From Candidatus Saccharimonadales bacterium (GTDB lineage: Bacteria; Chloroflexota; Limnocylindria; P2-11E): DNA of 64,000 nt. Shown here in pieces: positions 61,955 through 64,000 of this stretch; positions within the stretch are counted from its first letter, which is position 1; each line of letters starts with the position of its first letter. The position numbers were made by a program, and so were the translations under genes. The stretch spans positions 766 through 64,765 of the forward strand of contig DATJHW010000082.1 of assembly GCA_035493615.1 (NCBI GenBank), in the 5' to 3' direction. Under the pieces are notes generated by a model. The model did not search any database and was not told where the DNA came from. It saw only the letters and a program-made list of their open reading frames with translations.

Positions 61955-63748
61955 CTAGCGGGCCGGCCCGCCCCACACCGGCACGTAGTGGCTGAAGAAG
62001 GTCTCCTGGTGGACGACCGTGTCGCCCTGCCAGACCGTCCAGGTGCGCGAGACGTCGCGACCGAGGGTCACGCCTCCCGGCAGGTAGGCCGGGTCGGCGG
62101 GCTGATCGGGGGCGGGACTCGTCAGGTTGTACTCGTATGGCGTGCCGATCTCGACGCGCCTGCCGGTCGGCACGCTGATCAGGTCGAAGCGCAGCGCCGC
62201 CGCGTAGGGATACGCCTTGATCAGCACCGGGTACTGCGTGTCGTTCTTCCACTTGAAATCGACGCCGGGCTCGAAGACCGCGGCATCGAACCCGATCGGG
62301 TAGCGATCGATGTAGTAGCCGTGCGCGTGGCGCTCCACGATCTCGAAGCCCGCGCGCGCGACGGCGTTGAAGAGCGTGGTCGACACCTGGCACAGCCCGC
62401 CACCGATCACGTTCTCGTCGGACTTCCCCTCGATGATCGCGCCGGCGAACGCGTAGCCGCGGTCCACCGACACCGGCCCCAGGAGATCCCAGAAGCTGAA
62501 CGACTGGCCCGGAGCGAGGACCAGATCGTTGAACTGCATCGCGCCCGTCGTGATGTTCGCGTGACGAGCGGCGTCGGCCGGATACGTCGTGGTGAACGTG
62601 GCCACCTGCGTCATCTGGGGCGCGTACCGGGTCGCCTGTTCGGTGGTGAGCACGGGCGCATCGGCGACGAACACCGGGACGATCTCGCGCGGCGCGGTCA
62701 CCGGTGTGAACAGCCCGGCCGTGACGTCGGTGACGAGCCGCTGCTGATCGATCTTCACGCCGTCGACGGCGGGCACCACGACGAGGCTTCCATCGGCCTG
62801 GACCGCGTACGTCGCGTTCTGCGCGGGATGGTCGAGCAGCGCGGCGAGGCGGCTCACCCACTCCGCGACGCGCGCGTCGTCCAACCGCGTGCGGTAGATG
62901 TAGCGCGTCGCCGGCGCTGACGCGCCGGCCGGGATCGCGTCGAGGTCGTCCGGGGTCGCGACGGTCTTCTCGATGACCAGGAGCGTGGCGAGCCCCGCGG
63001 CATCCTCGCTCGTGCTGCGATCGCCGGCGACGATGGTGAGCGCCGTCGTGGCGGCGATCGCCTTCGCGGCCGCTTCGCGGATCCCGCTCGGATCGACCGC
63101 CGGATACGTCTCGTGGACCTGCAGCGCGATGGCGCGATCGCCGAGCGTGCTCGATGCCGTGAGCGCGCTGCGTAGCGCACTGCCGTCGACGGACCGTCCC
63201 ACGACGGCCGGGGTCACGTCGATGCCGAGGAGCGTCGGGACGATCGCGCCATCCGAGGCCGGGCGATCGACCGCGGCCACGATCATGCGTACCCATTCGT
63301 CCGCCGCCGAGCCGTCGACGCGCATCGCGAACGGCACCGCGGCGCGGCCTTCGAGCGCATCGATCCACGCGACGATCCGCTGCGTCGGCGAGCCGGTATG
63401 GCCGTACGCAAGCGCCTGCGCGACGGCGCGATCGACGTCCGGCGCGATCGCGAGCAACTCGTTCGTGGTCGTCCACTCCTGCCCATCCGGTCCGTGAACG
63501 ACGACCTGCGCGGCGGCCCACGGGCGCGCGACCTCCTGCACCAGCCGATCGCGCAGCTCCGACGCCGGCAACGTACCGACCTCGACACCGCCGACCGTGA
63601 CGCGGGGCAGCGCGCGTTGCGCGAACGCGGCGTCCACGCCGAGGGCGAGCACCGCCAGGGCCGCCGCCGCGAGCAGCGGCGCGACCAGGTGCTTCCAGGG
63701 CGTTCGACTCACGCCGTACGTGCGCGCTTCTTTCGCGGTGACGGTCAC
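61955..63748 (-). CDS. VanW-family protein (YoaR-like, N-terminal TM anchor)
   Basis: VanW core GGGLCQVSTTLFNAVARAGFEIVERHAHGYYIDRYP.GFDAAVF. ORF 61955..63889 is trimmed to GTG 63748, 8 nt after SD GGGGAGG, just before the TM helix (WKHLVAPLLAAAALAVLALG). Confidence 0.8.
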   Translation of the reverse strand: MTVTAKEARTYGVSRTPWKHLVAPLLAAAALAVLALGVDAAFAQRALPRVTVGGVEVGTLPASELRDRLVQEVARPWAAAQVVVHGPDGQEWTTTNELLAIAPDVDRAVAQALAYGHTGSPTQRIVAWIDALEGRAAVPFAMRVDGSAADEWVRMIVAAVDRPASDGAIVPTLLGIDVTPAVVGRSVDGSALRSALTASSTLGDRAIALQVHETYPAVDPSGIREAAAKAIAATTALTIVAGDRSTSEDAAGLATLLVIEKTVATPDDLDAIPAGASAPATRYIYRTRLDDARVAEWVSRLAALLDHPAQNATYAVQADGSLVVVPAVDGVKIDQQRLVTDVTAGLFTPVTAPREIVPVFVADAPVLTTEQATRYAPQMTQVATFTTTYPADAARHANITTGAMQFNDLVLAPGQSFSFWDLLGPVSVDRGYAFAGAIIEGKSDENVIGGGLCQVSTTLFNAVARAGFEIVERHAHGYYIDRYPIGFDAAVFEPGVDFKWKNDTQYPVLIKAYPYAAALRFDLISVPTGRRVEIGTPYEYNLTSPAPDQPADPAYLPGGVTLGRDVSRTWTVWQGDTVVHQETFFSHYVPVWGGPAR

Positions 63749-64000
63749 GTGCCGCGCCTCCCCTGCTGATCGACCGTTCGCTCGCTCGGTGACCGGAATG
63801 GTCCTCGCCGTATCGACGCAGCGATGCTGGGTCTTGTTCCGCTGTTGCGCATCACCCTTGGGTACGCATAAGTCGTACCCGGTAGCCATCCGACCTATCC
63901 CCCGCTTCGGCCGTTACTCGGCCGATACACCGCTCGCAGCTGACGCCCGCGGCAGCCGGCGGCTCCCCGACAAAGAGCGGCCCGGCGGTCCAGGGGAGCA

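Overview
This is a 64-kb, gene-dense and very GC-rich bacterial chromosomal segment (by eye about 70% GC; third codon positions are almost always G/C). I can support about 60 protein genes, 2 tRNAs, 1 T-box riboswitch and a few terminators. I saw no rRNA, CRISPR array, transposase or integrase. Many of the longest ORFs in the supplied track are antisense or out-of-frame shadows typical of high-GC DNA (Arg/Pro/Gly/Ala-rich translations). Real genes are often joined by 1-8 nt stop/start overlaps (ATGA, GTGA, TTGA), which indicates operons.

Housekeeping blocks:
- rpe, divergent from a class-V aminotransferase and serA
- MoxR-DUF58-transglutaminase
- fmdB-yihY-fhaA-fhaB-rodA-pbpA
- a CUT1-type sugar ABC importer with no ATPase gene
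- valS behind a Val-specific T-box leader
- clpP-clpX and tig
- a complete LysW-carrier lysine cluster lysWXYZJK, including a 57-aa lysW that is absent from the ORF track
- cinA and a VanW protein

The gene content (FHA/RodA/PbpA cluster, F420-type LLM oxidoreductase, LysW pathway, T-box) suggests a Terrabacteria lineage such as Actinomycetota or Chloroflexota. The lineage cannot be fixed without a database search.

The window is unusually rich in signalling genes: 7 receiver domains (only one with a DNA-binding output), 2 histidine kinases, 3 GGDEF/HD-GYP proteins, a CHASE2 class III cyclase, and two paralogous MBL-fold hydrolases.

Best candidates for something new:
1. A cyclase -> NKFDE-type GAF -> GAF/HD-GYP -> MBL operon (46.7-51.3 kb).
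2. A signalling island that splits tig from clpP-clpX (32.5-40.1 kb). It contains a pilus-less CpaE/TadZ-like ATPase and an MBL::receiver fusion.
3. An atypical OmpR regulator translationally coupled to two paralogous small Cys/His proteins, next to a low-GC3 free-standing LAGLIDADG gene and tRNA-Leu (42.9-46.1 kb).
4. Three conserved genes (rpe, yihY-like, MBL::REC) with no ATG/GTG/TTG at their conserved N-termini. This points to CUG/AUC initiation or coupled re-initiation.
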